Part shown: one piece after another, positions 7,167 through 15,313 of the stretch
Layout of the letters: every line of letters starts with the position of its first letter
Numbering within the stretch: position 1 is the stretch's first letter
Source of the DNA: an uncultured Candidatus Saccharibacteria bacterium
GTDB taxonomy: Bacteria; Patescibacteriota; Doudnabacteria; UBA920
Direction: 5' to 3'
Length of the DNA: 58,516 bases
NCBI GenBank assembly: GCA_964484145.1
Contig: CAZAED010000003.1
Location: forward strand, 1 to 58,516
Notes under the pieces: model-generated
What the model was told of the DNA's origin: nothing
The model's database searches: none
What the model saw: only the letters and a program-made list of their open reading frames with translations
Translations under genes and position numbers: made by a program

Positions 7167-8456
7167 ATGAATAAAATCTTACTTATTTGGAAAACCAAGG
7201 ACTTGCGCAATAAAATTTTAATTGTGCTAGGTCTTTTGTTAATTACCCGTGTTTTAACCCATGTTCCTATTCCCGGTATTGACCCAACCGGACTTAAGGC
7301 TTTCTTTCAGAATAGCCAGTTTTTGAATTTACTTGATGTTTTTTCCGGTGGTGGTTTAACGAATTTTTCCATAGCTATGCTCGGCGTAGGTCCTTATATT
7401 ACGGCCAGTATTATTATGCAGCTTCTTACTATAATAATACCGAGTTTTGCAGAAATGCAAAAAGAAGGTGGGGAAGCAGGAAGAGCTCAGCTTAACCAGT
7501 ATACCCGATATTTAACTATTCCTTTAGCACCGCTTCAGGCTTTTGGCACAATTAGACTTCTTTCCAGCCAAGGTGCCGGTGCGATTTTAGGCAGTTTTTC
7601 ACCATTTCAATGGTTCTTGGTTTTGCTTTCAGTAACTGCTGGTACCATGCTGATAATGTGGATAGGCGAAATAATGTCTGAATTTGATATTGGAAATGGT
7701 ATTTCTTTGGTAATTTTTGCTGGTATTGTAGCAAGGGTTCCAAGCGCTATTTCACAGGCCTATCAAATCTATCAGGGTAATCCAAATGCCGTTCCAACTT
7801 TGGTTGGGTTCGTATTAGTATTTCTTGCTGTAATTGCTGGTGTTGTGCTGGTTACTGAGGCACAAAGAAATATTCCTGTGGCGTACGCAAAACGTGTGCG
7901 TGGTAACAGACTTTTTGGTGGCGTTAATACCCATTTGCCCTTAAGACTTAACCAAGCAGGAGTTATTCCAATAATTTTTGCAATTTCTATAATGCTTTTT
8001 CCGGCTATGATAGCGCAGTTTTTTGTGAACGCAAAAAGCGCTCTTATTGCTAATTATGCGCAAAAGATTATTGCCTTATTTAATGACACAGGTACATGGT
8101 TTTACGGTATTATATACTTTGTTATGATATTAGGTTTTACTTATTTCTATACCGCGGTTGTATTTAACCCTGAAGAAATTGCGGAAAATGTGCAAAAAAA
8201 TGGTGGTTTTATACCAGGACTAAGACCCGGAGCTCAGACCGCAGACTACTTGTCTTCTGTGCTAAACCGTATTACTTTAGCCGGCGCTGTATTCTTGGCT
8301 ATAATTGCTATTTTGCCGCTTGTTGCTCAAAATTTAACCGACACTAAAGCCTTAACCCTAGGCGGCACATCTCTCTTAATTGTGGTGTCCGTAGTTATTG
8401 AAATTATAAAGAAAATAGAAGCCCAGTTAACCATGCATGATTACGAAGGCTTTTAG
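7167..8456 (+). CDS. secY: preprotein translocase subunit SecY
   Basis: Ten-TM profile with SecY motifs (GVGPYITASIIMQLL, GGFIPG-RPG). The ATG at 7167 is preferred over the upstream GTG at 7149, which lies inside the intergenic repeat. Confidence 0.94.
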   Translation: MNKILLIWKTKDLRNKILIVLGLLLITRVLTHVPIPGIDPTGLKAFFQNSQFLNLLDVFSGGGLTNFSIAMLGVGPYITASIIMQLLTIIIPSFAEMQKEGGEAGRAQLNQYTRYLTIPLAPLQAFGTIRLLSSQGAGAILGSFSPFQWFLVLLSVTAGTMLIMWIGEIMSEFDIGNGISLVIFAGIVARVPSAISQAYQIYQGNPNAVPTLVGFVLVFLAVIAGVVLVTEAQRNIPVAYAKRVRGNRLFGGVNTHLPLRLNQAGVIPIIFAISIMLFPAMIAQFFVNAKSALIANYAQKIIALFNDTGTWFYGIIYFVMILGFTYFYTAVVFNPEEIAENVQKNGGFIPGLRPGAQTADYLSSVLNRITLAGAVFLAIIAILPLVAQNLTDTKALTLGGTSLLIVVSVVIEIIKKIEAQLTMHDYEGF

Positions 8457-8499
8457 TAGGTTATAGGTGTTAGCTTTTAGGTTTTAGGAATGATACAAT

Positions 8500-8534
8500 A
8501 AACCTGCCCACACGGGCAGGTTTTAAATTTTTTT
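8500..8534 (+). terminator. intrinsic terminator after secY
   Basis: AAACCTGCCC-ACAC-GGGCAGGTTTT followed by a T-rich run. Confidence 0.85.
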
Positions 8535-9161
8535 ATGATAAAAGTTATTTTGTTTGATTGCGATGGTCCTATAATAAAGCGCACTAAATACTTTAGCCAA
8601 AGAATAGAGGAAGAAAAAGCTCTTAAAATTGACCACAAAAGGCAAAAAGAGTTTTTTGATGGAGAATTTTTGGAATGTGAAGTCGGTAAAAAAGATTTAA
8701 AAGAAATATTGCCCGCATGGTTACCTACATGGGGTTGGCAAGGTACTGTAGAAGAATTGCTTAAGTATTGGTTTGAGGGCGAGGCTGAGGTAGATATTAA
8801 AATGCTTAAATACATTAAGGAATTCAGAAATAAGGATATTAAATGTTATTTAACTACCAATCAGGAAAAGTACAGAGCTGAATATCTATGGAATGTAGTA
8901 GGTTTAAATAAACATTTGGACGACATCTTCGCTTCTTGTTACGTGGGCTATATGAAGCCAAAAAAAGAATTTTGGCAGGAAGTTTCTAAAAATTTTTCGG
9001 GAATAAATAAGTCCGAGGTTTTAGTTTTAGATGACGACCAAGATATTGTGAAATCGGCCCAAGATTTTGGTTTTAACGCGGAGTTCTATACAGATTTTAA
9101 TACTTTTCGTAATCAATTAACGAAATATGAAATATTTGACAATTACTCCAATACTATCTAG
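8535..9161 (+). CDS. HAD-superfamily hydrolase
   Basis: N-terminal DxD motif (ILFDCDG) and a later DD acidic motif (VLVLDDD). The last five codons and the stop codon lie in a palindrome. Confidence 0.8.
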   Translation: MIKVILFDCDGPIIKRTKYFSQRIEEEKALKIDHKRQKEFFDGEFLECEVGKKDLKEILPAWLPTWGWQGTVEELLKYWFEGEAEVDIKMLKYIKEFRNKDIKCYLTTNQEKYRAEYLWNVVGLNKHLDDIFASCYVGYMKPKKEFWQEVSKNFSGINKSEVLVLDDDQDIVKSAQDFGFNAEFYTDFNTFRNQLTKYEIFDNYSNTI

Positions 9162-9174
9162 TATTGGAGTAATT
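9141..9174. repeat. 34-nt near-perfect palindrome spanning the HAD stop codon
   Basis: AATTACTCCAATACTA-TC-TAGTATTGGAGTAATT has 16-nt arms. The TAG stop lies at 9159-9161, inside the right arm. Confidence 0.9.
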
Positions 9175-9187
9175 GTAGTATATTAAT

Positions 9188-9721
9188 ATGGGAAAATTTA
9201 CCAACACAAGAAGGCTGTCAAAAGATCAGCAAAATGAATTGTTTATTCGTTTTTCTAAGGCTTTGGCCGCCGTGAAAAATCCAGTAGAAGCTGCTAATTT
9301 TATAAAAGATTTGTTTTCCGAGCAGGAGGCGTTAATGTTAGCACGCAGATTACAGATTGCTGAGCTATTAAATGATGGATTAACTTACGAAGATATTCGA
9401 AAGGCAATGAAGGTAAGTCATACTACAATTGCTAAGGTTCAAACTTGGTTAAGCTTGTATGGGGAGGGGTATAGGATGGTATTAAAACGAACAACGGAAA
9501 AAACAAAAAATTCTGAATTGAGTCGTCCTTGGCGAACTTTAAAGAAGAGTTACCCTATGTATTTTTGGCCGCAATTGCTTTTAGAAGAAATTGTTAAAAC
9601 AGCAAATAAGAGAGAGAAACAAAAGCTATTGAATGTTGTAAATGGTTTAAGAGAAAAAACTAAGCTCTCTAATGAACTTTTGAAGATTTTAAAATTCGAC
9701 CAAAACTCCAATACTATCTAG
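9188..9721 (+). CDS. YerC/YecD-like (TrpR-family) DNA-binding protein with C-terminal extension
   Basis: The N-terminal ~100 aa look like the TrpR-related YerC/YecD family (FF-DLFS-QE--ML--RLQIA-LL--G-TY-DI---M-VS-TTI--V). The assignment is by eye. Confidence 0.7.
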   Translation: MGKFTNTRRLSKDQQNELFIRFSKALAAVKNPVEAANFIKDLFSEQEALMLARRLQIAELLNDGLTYEDIRKAMKVSHTTIAKVQTWLSLYGEGYRMVLKRTTEKTKNSELSRPWRTLKKSYPMYFWPQLLLEEIVKTANKREKQKLLNVVNGLREKTKLSNELLKILKFDQNSNTI

Positions 9722-9730
9722 TATTGGAGA
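9705..9730. repeat. second copy of the palindrome spanning the yerC-like stop codon
   Basis: CTCCAATACTA-TC-TAGTATTGGAG has 11-nt arms. Both genes end in ...SNTI-stop. Confidence 0.9.
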
Positions 9731-9747
9731 AATAGCAGTTTTTAATT

Positions 9748-10113
9748 ATGTTAAACGAAGAATTTGAAAATTTAATAAGTGAGGCGGTGGCGGCTTTGCC
9801 CCAGAATATTCGTGAAAAGCTAAATAATGTTTCTATTACTATGGAAGAAGGGGATTCGCCGAACAATAGTTTGTTTGGTTTGTATCATGGTGTGTCGCAA
9901 ATAAAGCGCGGGTCAAGTTATGGGATGGGCGCAACGCTACCTGACAAAATTACTATTTATAAAGGCACAATAGAAAAATTTGCCGGTGATCCTTTAAACA
10001 TACCAAATATGGTTCGCCGAGTGGTTTGGCATGAAATAGGCCACCATTTTGGTTTTGACGAAGCTGGGGTTAGGCGTCTTGAAGAAAAATGGGCAAAAGA
10101 AGGGAAGATATAA
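9748..10113 (+). CDS. zincin-like metallopeptidase (small HExxH protein)
   Basis: 121 aa with HEIGHHFG near the C-terminus. Resembles the DUF1025/zincin_1 type. Confidence 0.7.
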   Translation: MLNEEFENLISEAVAALPQNIREKLNNVSITMEEGDSPNNSLFGLYHGVSQIKRGSSYGMGATLPDKITIYKGTIEKFAGDPLNIPNMVRRVVWHEIGHHFGFDEAGVRRLEEKWAKEGKI

Positions 10114-10118
10114 ATACG

Positions 10119-10147
10119 TTGACAAAAATAAAAAAAAGTGACATAAT
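10119..10147 (+). promoter_or_regulatory. sigma70-like promoter
   Basis: TTGACA-17 nt-CATAAT. Confidence 0.6.
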
Positions 10148-10182
10148 GTTTGGTTGCAGTATGATATAATTAAACTAACTAT

Positions 10183-10578
10183 ATGGCTTTAGGCAAAGCA
10201 AAAGAATTTACAATAGAACCGGATGGTAACGAGGCTAAAATTGATTATAATAGCCCCGAGTTTAAACGTGCTCTTGAGTTAGCAAGGAAAGAGGTTTTAG
10301 AAAAAAAATCTGAAGAACTACCTGAAGATAATTCTGTTTCATTAAAACCAGGCTCTGAGCAAACGGTTCAGGATTTCAGGTCGGATTCCGAATTTAAAAA
10401 GTCAGTAAGTCTAGACTCCTCAGATATGGTAGAGGTCAGAAAAAAAATACTTGGTAGAGCCCTTGAAATTTTACAAGGTAATATTCAATTAAGTCGGGAC
10501 TCAAAAGGCGAGCATACACCATATGACGTAGTGAATGACTTAATGAAACTTCAAGAATCTTTGCAAGAAAAGAAATAA
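10183..10578 (+). CDS. hypothetical acidic protein
   Basis: Intact ORF downstream of a TTGACA-17-CATAAT promoter. No recognisable motif. Confidence 0.6.
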   Translation: MALGKAKEFTIEPDGNEAKIDYNSPEFKRALELARKEVLEKKSEELPEDNSVSLKPGSEQTVQDFRSDSEFKKSVSLDSSDMVEVRKKILGRALEILQGNIQLSRDSKGEHTPYDVVNDLMKLQESLQEKK

Positions 10579-10603
10579 TTTTACTTTAAAAAAACAAAAA
10601 TAA

Positions 10604-13156
10604 ATGTCGTTTGAAATAAATACTTTTAATATAGTGCTTTTGGTATTTGTCGGCCTTTTGATTGTTTTTGTGGCCGTGTTTTTTTATTTTTACAAAAGGC
10701 ATAGGTTTCATTTAGGCCATGTTATACCCAGAACTATGGACTGGGTGTTTTTGGAAATTCAAATGCCTAAAGAAAGTAGCGAGGACAAAGACCAGCAAAA
10801 ACCAAAAAGTGAGGAAGAAAAAAAACATTTAATTGGTATAGCTGAGCAGCTATTTACAACCCTGTCCGAAAGCGGCCATAACAAAGGCTGGCTGTTAGGT
10901 AAGGACTATTATAGTTTTGAAATTGCCTGCACAGACAAAAAAATTAGCTTTTATATTAACTGCCCAAAACATTTGCAGGAATTAGTGGAGAAGCAACTTC
11001 AGGCGCAGTACCCGCACGCGTTTGTGGAAGCAGTTAAGGGGTATAACCCTTTCCAAAAAGGCGGGCAAGTGGAAGCGGAAGAGTTGGTGTTAAATAAAAA
11101 ATACTACTACCCATTTAGGACTTACAAGACTATGGAGTCCGACCCTTTAAATTCCATTACAAACGCAATGAGTAAGCTGCTGGAAAATGAGGGGGCGGCT
11201 GTGCAGTTTATATTAAGCCCGGCAGGAACAAGTTGGCAGGGAAAACCTAGGCATATGGCGCTCGAAGTTCAGCAGGGTAAGAATCCTGAACTAGTTGAGC
11301 GTGGACATTTTTACAGGGCTGTTATAGGCATGCTTAGGGGTTTGGGAGGTATTGCGTCTGGTACGAAACGAAGTCCGCAAGGGGGTTCTCATACTCATAA
11401 AGATTTAAGCGGATATTATTCGCCTATTTCGTTAACTCCAATGCAGCAGGAGATTGTAAAAAAGCTTGAAGAAAAAGCCAGCAGGCCCGGCTATAAAGTA
11501 AATGTAAGACTTGTAACTTCATCTACCACGCCTGGGCAGGCTCATAGTCATATGCGTAATTTAATGGGCGCGTTTTTACAGTACAACATGCCTCCGTTTA
11601 ACGGATTTAAGCATAAAAAAAGAAGCAAAGAAGAAATTATTAAAGATTATATTTTTAGAGTTTTTAGAGACTATGGCTCTAAAACTATTTTAAATACCGA
11701 AGAACTGGCAAGTTTATGGCATTTGCCAACGCCGTACATAGAAACGCCAAACATAAAGTGGCTTATTTCCAAAAAAGCTCCGCCGCCTTTAAATATTCAC
11801 ACGGAAGGTTTGTTAATAGGAAAAAATATTTATAGGGGAGTGGAGACGCCAATTTTTATGGGTAGGGAAGACAGGCGCAGACATACTTATGTGCTTGGTC
11901 GTACCGGGAGCGGTAAATCTGTTTTGCTGGCGAATATGGCAATACAGGATATTCGCAATGGCGAGGGTTTGTGCGTTATAGACCCTCATGGCGACTTAAT
12001 ACAAGATATTTTACAAAATGTTCCAAAGGAAAGAGCCGAAGACATTATTGTGTTTGAGCCGTTTGATATGGACAGGCCACTTGGGCTTAATATGCTAGAG
12101 GTAGATAGCGAGGAGCAAAAAGATTTTGCCGTTCAGGAAATGATATCTATTTTCTATAAATTAGTTACCGACCCTGCAATGCTTGGGCCTATGTTTGAGC
12201 ATAATATGCGTAACGCTATGCTTACACTTATGGCAGACGAAGAACACCCAGGTACTATAACGGACATCCCGAGAATTTTTACAGATACCGACTTTCAAAA
12301 ATACAAAGTGGAAAAACTTAAAGACCCGGTTGTAAAACTTTTTTGGGAAAAAGAAATGGCTAAAACTTCTGACTTCCATAAGAGCGAAATGCTTGGATAT
12401 TTAATTTCCAAAGTCGGGCGTTTTGTGGAAAATACTATGATGCGCAATATAGTTGGTCAAAGTAAAAGTGGTTTTAACTTTAGAAAAGTTATGGACGAAG
12501 GAAAGGTTTTACTGGTGAATTTGTCCAAAGGAAGGACAGGTGAAATTAACGCAAAGCTTTTGGGGCTTATACTTGTTTCTAAAATTCAAATGGCTGCGCT
12601 TTCTCGGGCAGATATACCAGAAGAAAAAAGAAAAGACTTTTATTTGTATGTAGACGAGTTTCAAAACTTTATTACGGACGCTTTTTCTTCTATTCTTTCT
12701 GAAGCCAGAAAATATAAATTAAATCTCATCATCGCGCACCAATACTTAGGGCAATTAGAAACTCAGGCCGGAGCCCAGGGGGCTGCGAGTAAGGATTTGC
12801 GTAACGCGGTGTTTGGCAACGTAGGCACCATGGTGGTCTTTAGAACCGGCGCCGAAGACAGCGAAGTTTTAGGTAAAGAATTCGCGCCTACCTTTAACCA
12901 GTTTGATTTAGTAAACATAGACCGCTATAACGCCTACGTTAGGCTTATGGTAAATGGAACTGCTAGTAAACCCTTTAACATGGCAACAATGCCGCCGCAA
13001 AAACTGGGCACAGAAGAGTTGGCAGAAAGCATACGACAGCTTTCTAGGCTTAAGCACGGAAGGCCCCGCGCGGAAGTAGAAGAAGAATTACTCGAAGCCG
13101 GTAATGTGGCTGAAAGTATGGCGGAGGGCTTGCCCGATGTGGAAAGAGGATTGTAG
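10604..13156 (+). CDS. membrane-anchored VirD4/TraD/TraG-like P-loop ATPase (type IV coupling protein-like)
   Basis: N-terminal TM helix, Walker A GRTGSGKS, DPHGDL, Walker B YLYVDEFQNF and AHQYLGQL motifs. The N-terminal ~400 aa have no recognisable domain. Confidence 0.75.
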   Translation: MSFEINTFNIVLLVFVGLLIVFVAVFFYFYKRHRFHLGHVIPRTMDWVFLEIQMPKESSEDKDQQKPKSEEEKKHLIGIAEQLFTTLSESGHNKGWLLGKDYYSFEIACTDKKISFYINCPKHLQELVEKQLQAQYPHAFVEAVKGYNPFQKGGQVEAEELVLNKKYYYPFRTYKTMESDPLNSITNAMSKLLENEGAAVQFILSPAGTSWQGKPRHMALEVQQGKNPELVERGHFYRAVIGMLRGLGGIASGTKRSPQGGSHTHKDLSGYYSPISLTPMQQEIVKKLEEKASRPGYKVNVRLVTSSTTPGQAHSHMRNLMGAFLQYNMPPFNGFKHKKRSKEEIIKDYIFRVFRDYGSKTILNTEELASLWHLPTPYIETPNIKWLISKKAPPPLNIHTEGLLIGKNIYRGVETPIFMGREDRRRHTYVLGRTGSGKSVLLANMAIQDIRNGEGLCVIDPHGDLIQDILQNVPKERAEDIIVFEPFDMDRPLGLNMLEVDSEEQKDFAVQEMISIFYKLVTDPAMLGPMFEHNMRNAMLTLMADEEHPGTITDIPRIFTDTDFQKYKVEKLKDPVVKLFWEKEMAKTSDFHKSEMLGYLISKVGRFVENTMMRNIVGQSKSGFNFRKVMDEGKVLLVNLSKGRTGEINAKLLGLILVSKIQMAALSRADIPEEKRKDFYLYVDEFQNFITDAFSSILSEARKYKLNLIIAHQYLGQLETQAGAQGAASKDLRNAVFGNVGTMVVFRTGAEDSEVLGKEFAPTFNQFDLVNIDRYNAYVRLMVNGTASKPFNMATMPPQKLGTEELAESIRQLSRLKHGRPRAEVEEELLEAGNVAESMAEGLPDVERGL

Positions 13157-13205
13157 CGCGCCGATTTATCGGCCAGCTAAGGACGCCCATAAATGGGCAC
13201 GCTAC
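13153..13205 (+). repeat. two-hairpin element, copy 1, overlapping stop codon of the ATPase gene
   Basis: The outer pair is GTAGCG...CGCTAC. It encloses hairpins GCCGAT-TT-ATCGGC and GCCCAT-AA-ATGGGC. The TAG stop is at 13154-13156. Confidence 0.88.
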
Positions 13206-13240
13206 GCATAGGTCAGAGATGAAATAAATAAGTCAAAGGC

Positions 13241-13269
13241 TTGTAGAATATATTAAGAAATAGTATAAT
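13241..13269 (+). promoter_or_regulatory. sigma70-like promoter
   Basis: TTGTAG-17 nt-TATAAT. Confidence 0.55.
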
Positions 13270-13311
13270 ATAAGCGAAATATTTAGCTTATATTAAGGAA
13301 AGGGAATTTAT

Positions 13312-13545
13312 ATGTCAGTTGAGACTCATAAACCTTCGGGTGAAAATAAAAAAGGTTTTGTTGTTGGTATTGTAGAAGACTTTTTTTTTGGTCATCATGG
13401 TGTGGCTGAAACGGCATCTGAAGTCGGAGCAGATTTAAAAGCGGGCGAGAAAACAGTAAAAGCAGTTGGCGGGGCAGTTTTAGGGGGTTTTGCTGATATT
13501 TCTGAAGGTGGCGATACTAGTTCTGCTGGACATGGGCATCATTAA
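13312..13545 (+). CDS. hypothetical small Gly/His-rich protein
   Basis: AAGGAAAGGG RBS-like purine tract and a TTGTAG-17-TATAAT promoter upstream. Ends in GHGHH. Confidence 0.55.
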   Translation: MSVETHKPSGENKKGFVVGIVEDFFFGHHGVAETASEVGADLKAGEKTVKAVGGAVLGGFADISEGGDTSSAGHGHH

Positions 13546-13620
13546 TCCACTTTTGCATAATTTTTTAGGTGTGTTATAATATATTAAATAGCTTAAAGGC
13601 TTTTTGAAACAAAAAATAAA

Positions 13621-13722
13621 ATCACTGATACACGGATAACACTGATGCCACAGATGCCTATAAATTAGGTTTATCACAAGTTTTAGAATCTGTGATATCT
13701 GTGCAATCAGTGTATCTGTGAA
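13621..13722 (+). repeat. word-hairpin, family G (CACGGATA/CACTGAT/CACAGAT vs ATCTGTG/ATCAGTG)
   Basis: The 5' arm 13621-13658 faces the 3' arm 13686-13722, which ends 6 nt before the ATG. Confidence 0.85.
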
Positions 13723-13728
13723 TATAAT

Positions 13729-14346
13729 ATGGACCAAATTTCGAATCTAGCTTTAATAGTGCAGGCAATTGAGTCAGCGGAAAAAAGTATTCAAACCGCT
13801 AAAAATTTATTGCGCGACGTAATGGGTATGCCCAATGCCAAACAGGCTTTAGAAACTTTTGCGAGTAAAGCCGGGACTTTAACTATGTCTGAGGGTGGCA
13901 AAGTAATAGAAGGTGTGTTTGACGGTCAAAATATGATAGGACCGGACAAAAAACAATACCCAGTACCGGCAAACTATGCTTCAAAGTCCAAGCTTGTTGA
14001 GGGCGACGTTCTTAAGCTTACAATTTCCGACGACGGTTCGTTTATATACAAACAAATTGGTCCGGTTGAGCGCACAAAAATGCTTGGCATTTTAATGCTT
14101 GACGACAAAGGCGACTTTAGAGTTATGGCCGAAGGTAAGCCTTATAAAATTTTACTTGCTTCTTTAACCTATTTTAAATCTGAGCCCGGCGACGAAGTTA
14201 CTATTATAGTGCCCGAAGGGCATGATTCAGATTGGGCAGCTGTGGAAAACGTTATTAAGAAGGGCTCGGGAACAAGTCATACCGATATGGAGATGGCTGA
14301 ATCCACAGGCAGAAAAATTAAGCTAGATGAAGACGAAGAAATGTAA
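13729..14346 (+). CDS. hypothetical protein
   Basis: 205-aa ORF preceded by a word-hairpin. No motif recognised. Confidence 0.7.
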   Translation: MDQISNLALIVQAIESAEKSIQTAKNLLRDVMGMPNAKQALETFASKAGTLTMSEGGKVIEGVFDGQNMIGPDKKQYPVPANYASKSKLVEGDVLKLTISDDGSFIYKQIGPVERTKMLGILMLDDKGDFRVMAEGKPYKILLASLTYFKSEPGDEVTIIVPEGHDSDWAAVENVIKKGSGTSHTDMEMAESTGRKIKLDEDEEM

Positions 14347-14470
14347 TTCACCGATACACTGATAACACAAATATCGCAGATGCTAAAAAAATATTAAACG
14401 CGGAAGCGTAGCTGAAGAAAGAAACGCTGAAGGGGTACGGAACTAAAATATTACTCGTAGTTATTTTAAT

Positions 14471-15139
14471 ATGGAAAGTGCTATAAACAATCAGTCACAG
14501 TCAAATACTTTTCAAGCTAAAGTCACAGGTTTTTTGGAAAAACAGCCTGTGATTTATCAGTTTTTACGGTTTGCTTGCATTGGGTTTTTAAATACCGCTT
14601 TAAATTTTTTAATTTTAAATTCAGTTTCAAAATTTTTGCATATTGAAAGAGGTTGGTCTTTGGGCGGAGTTTCTGCGGTTTCTTTTTGCGCCGCTGTTAT
14701 ACAAAGCTATATTTGGAACAGAACCTGGACTTTTGGCAGCGAAACAGGTGTAACTATTTGGAAAAATGTAACTAGGCTTATTTTAGTCGGGGCTTTAGGG
14801 TTTATAGGTGTAATTTTTGTTTTAATTGGTTCACGTTTTTCCGCACCGGCTATTTTTTACACTATGGCATTGGTTGTTTATTTAATTTTTGAAAGCGTCT
14901 TATGGAAGGGTTTTGGTTTTCATTTGTCGGATTGGGACCATGAAGGACATTCATTTTTAATATTTTTTGTGGTTACTTTAATAGGGCTCGGAATTAATGT
15001 TTCTTTAATATCTGTAATTTCCGCTAATTTACATTTAACCGGCTCTGATTTAGATAAAAATATAGCAGCTGCTTTAGCTACCGGCGTTTCACTGTTTTGG
15101 AATTTTGTGGGCTATAAAGTAGTAGTTTTTCGTAAATAA
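14471..15139 (+). CDS. GtrA-like family membrane protein
   Basis: FLRFACIGFLNTALNFLILN N-terminal motif, four or more TM segments, WNFVGYK-VVF C-terminal motif. Confidence 0.75.
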   Translation: MESAINNQSQSNTFQAKVTGFLEKQPVIYQFLRFACIGFLNTALNFLILNSVSKFLHIERGWSLGGVSAVSFCAAVIQSYIWNRTWTFGSETGVTIWKNVTRLILVGALGFIGVIFVLIGSRFSAPAIFYTMALVVYLIFESVLWKGFGFHLSDWDHEGHSFLIFFVVTLIGLGINVSLISVISANLHLTGSDLDKNIAAALATGVSLFWNFVGYKVVVFRK

Positions 15140-15171
15140 ATAGGTACTAAATAATGGTTATTTAATATACT

Positions 15172-15201
15172 AAACCCAAGATTTATGGGTTTTTTGTTTT
15201 T
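15172..15201 (+). terminator. intrinsic terminator after GtrA-like gene
   Basis: AAACCCA-AGATTT-ATGGGTTTTTTGTTTTT. Confidence 0.75.
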
Positions 15202-15313
15202 ATTGGAAGCGGTGGTATAATAGTATTGGCATAAATGACTTAAATGACAAAATTGAGCATAATTTATATGCAAAATGCATTTTAAATTTTGATCAATTTT
15301 GATCAATTGACTT

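Noticed and set aside
15202-15313. SRP RNA (ffs) upstream of dnaX, as in many Firmicutes, and tRNA/rRNA/tmRNA/RNase P genes anywhere in the window
   Set aside because: No domain-IV GGAA/AGCA motif, T-loop GTTCGAATC-like box, tmRNA tag region or RNase P GAGGAAAGTCC motif was seen by eye.
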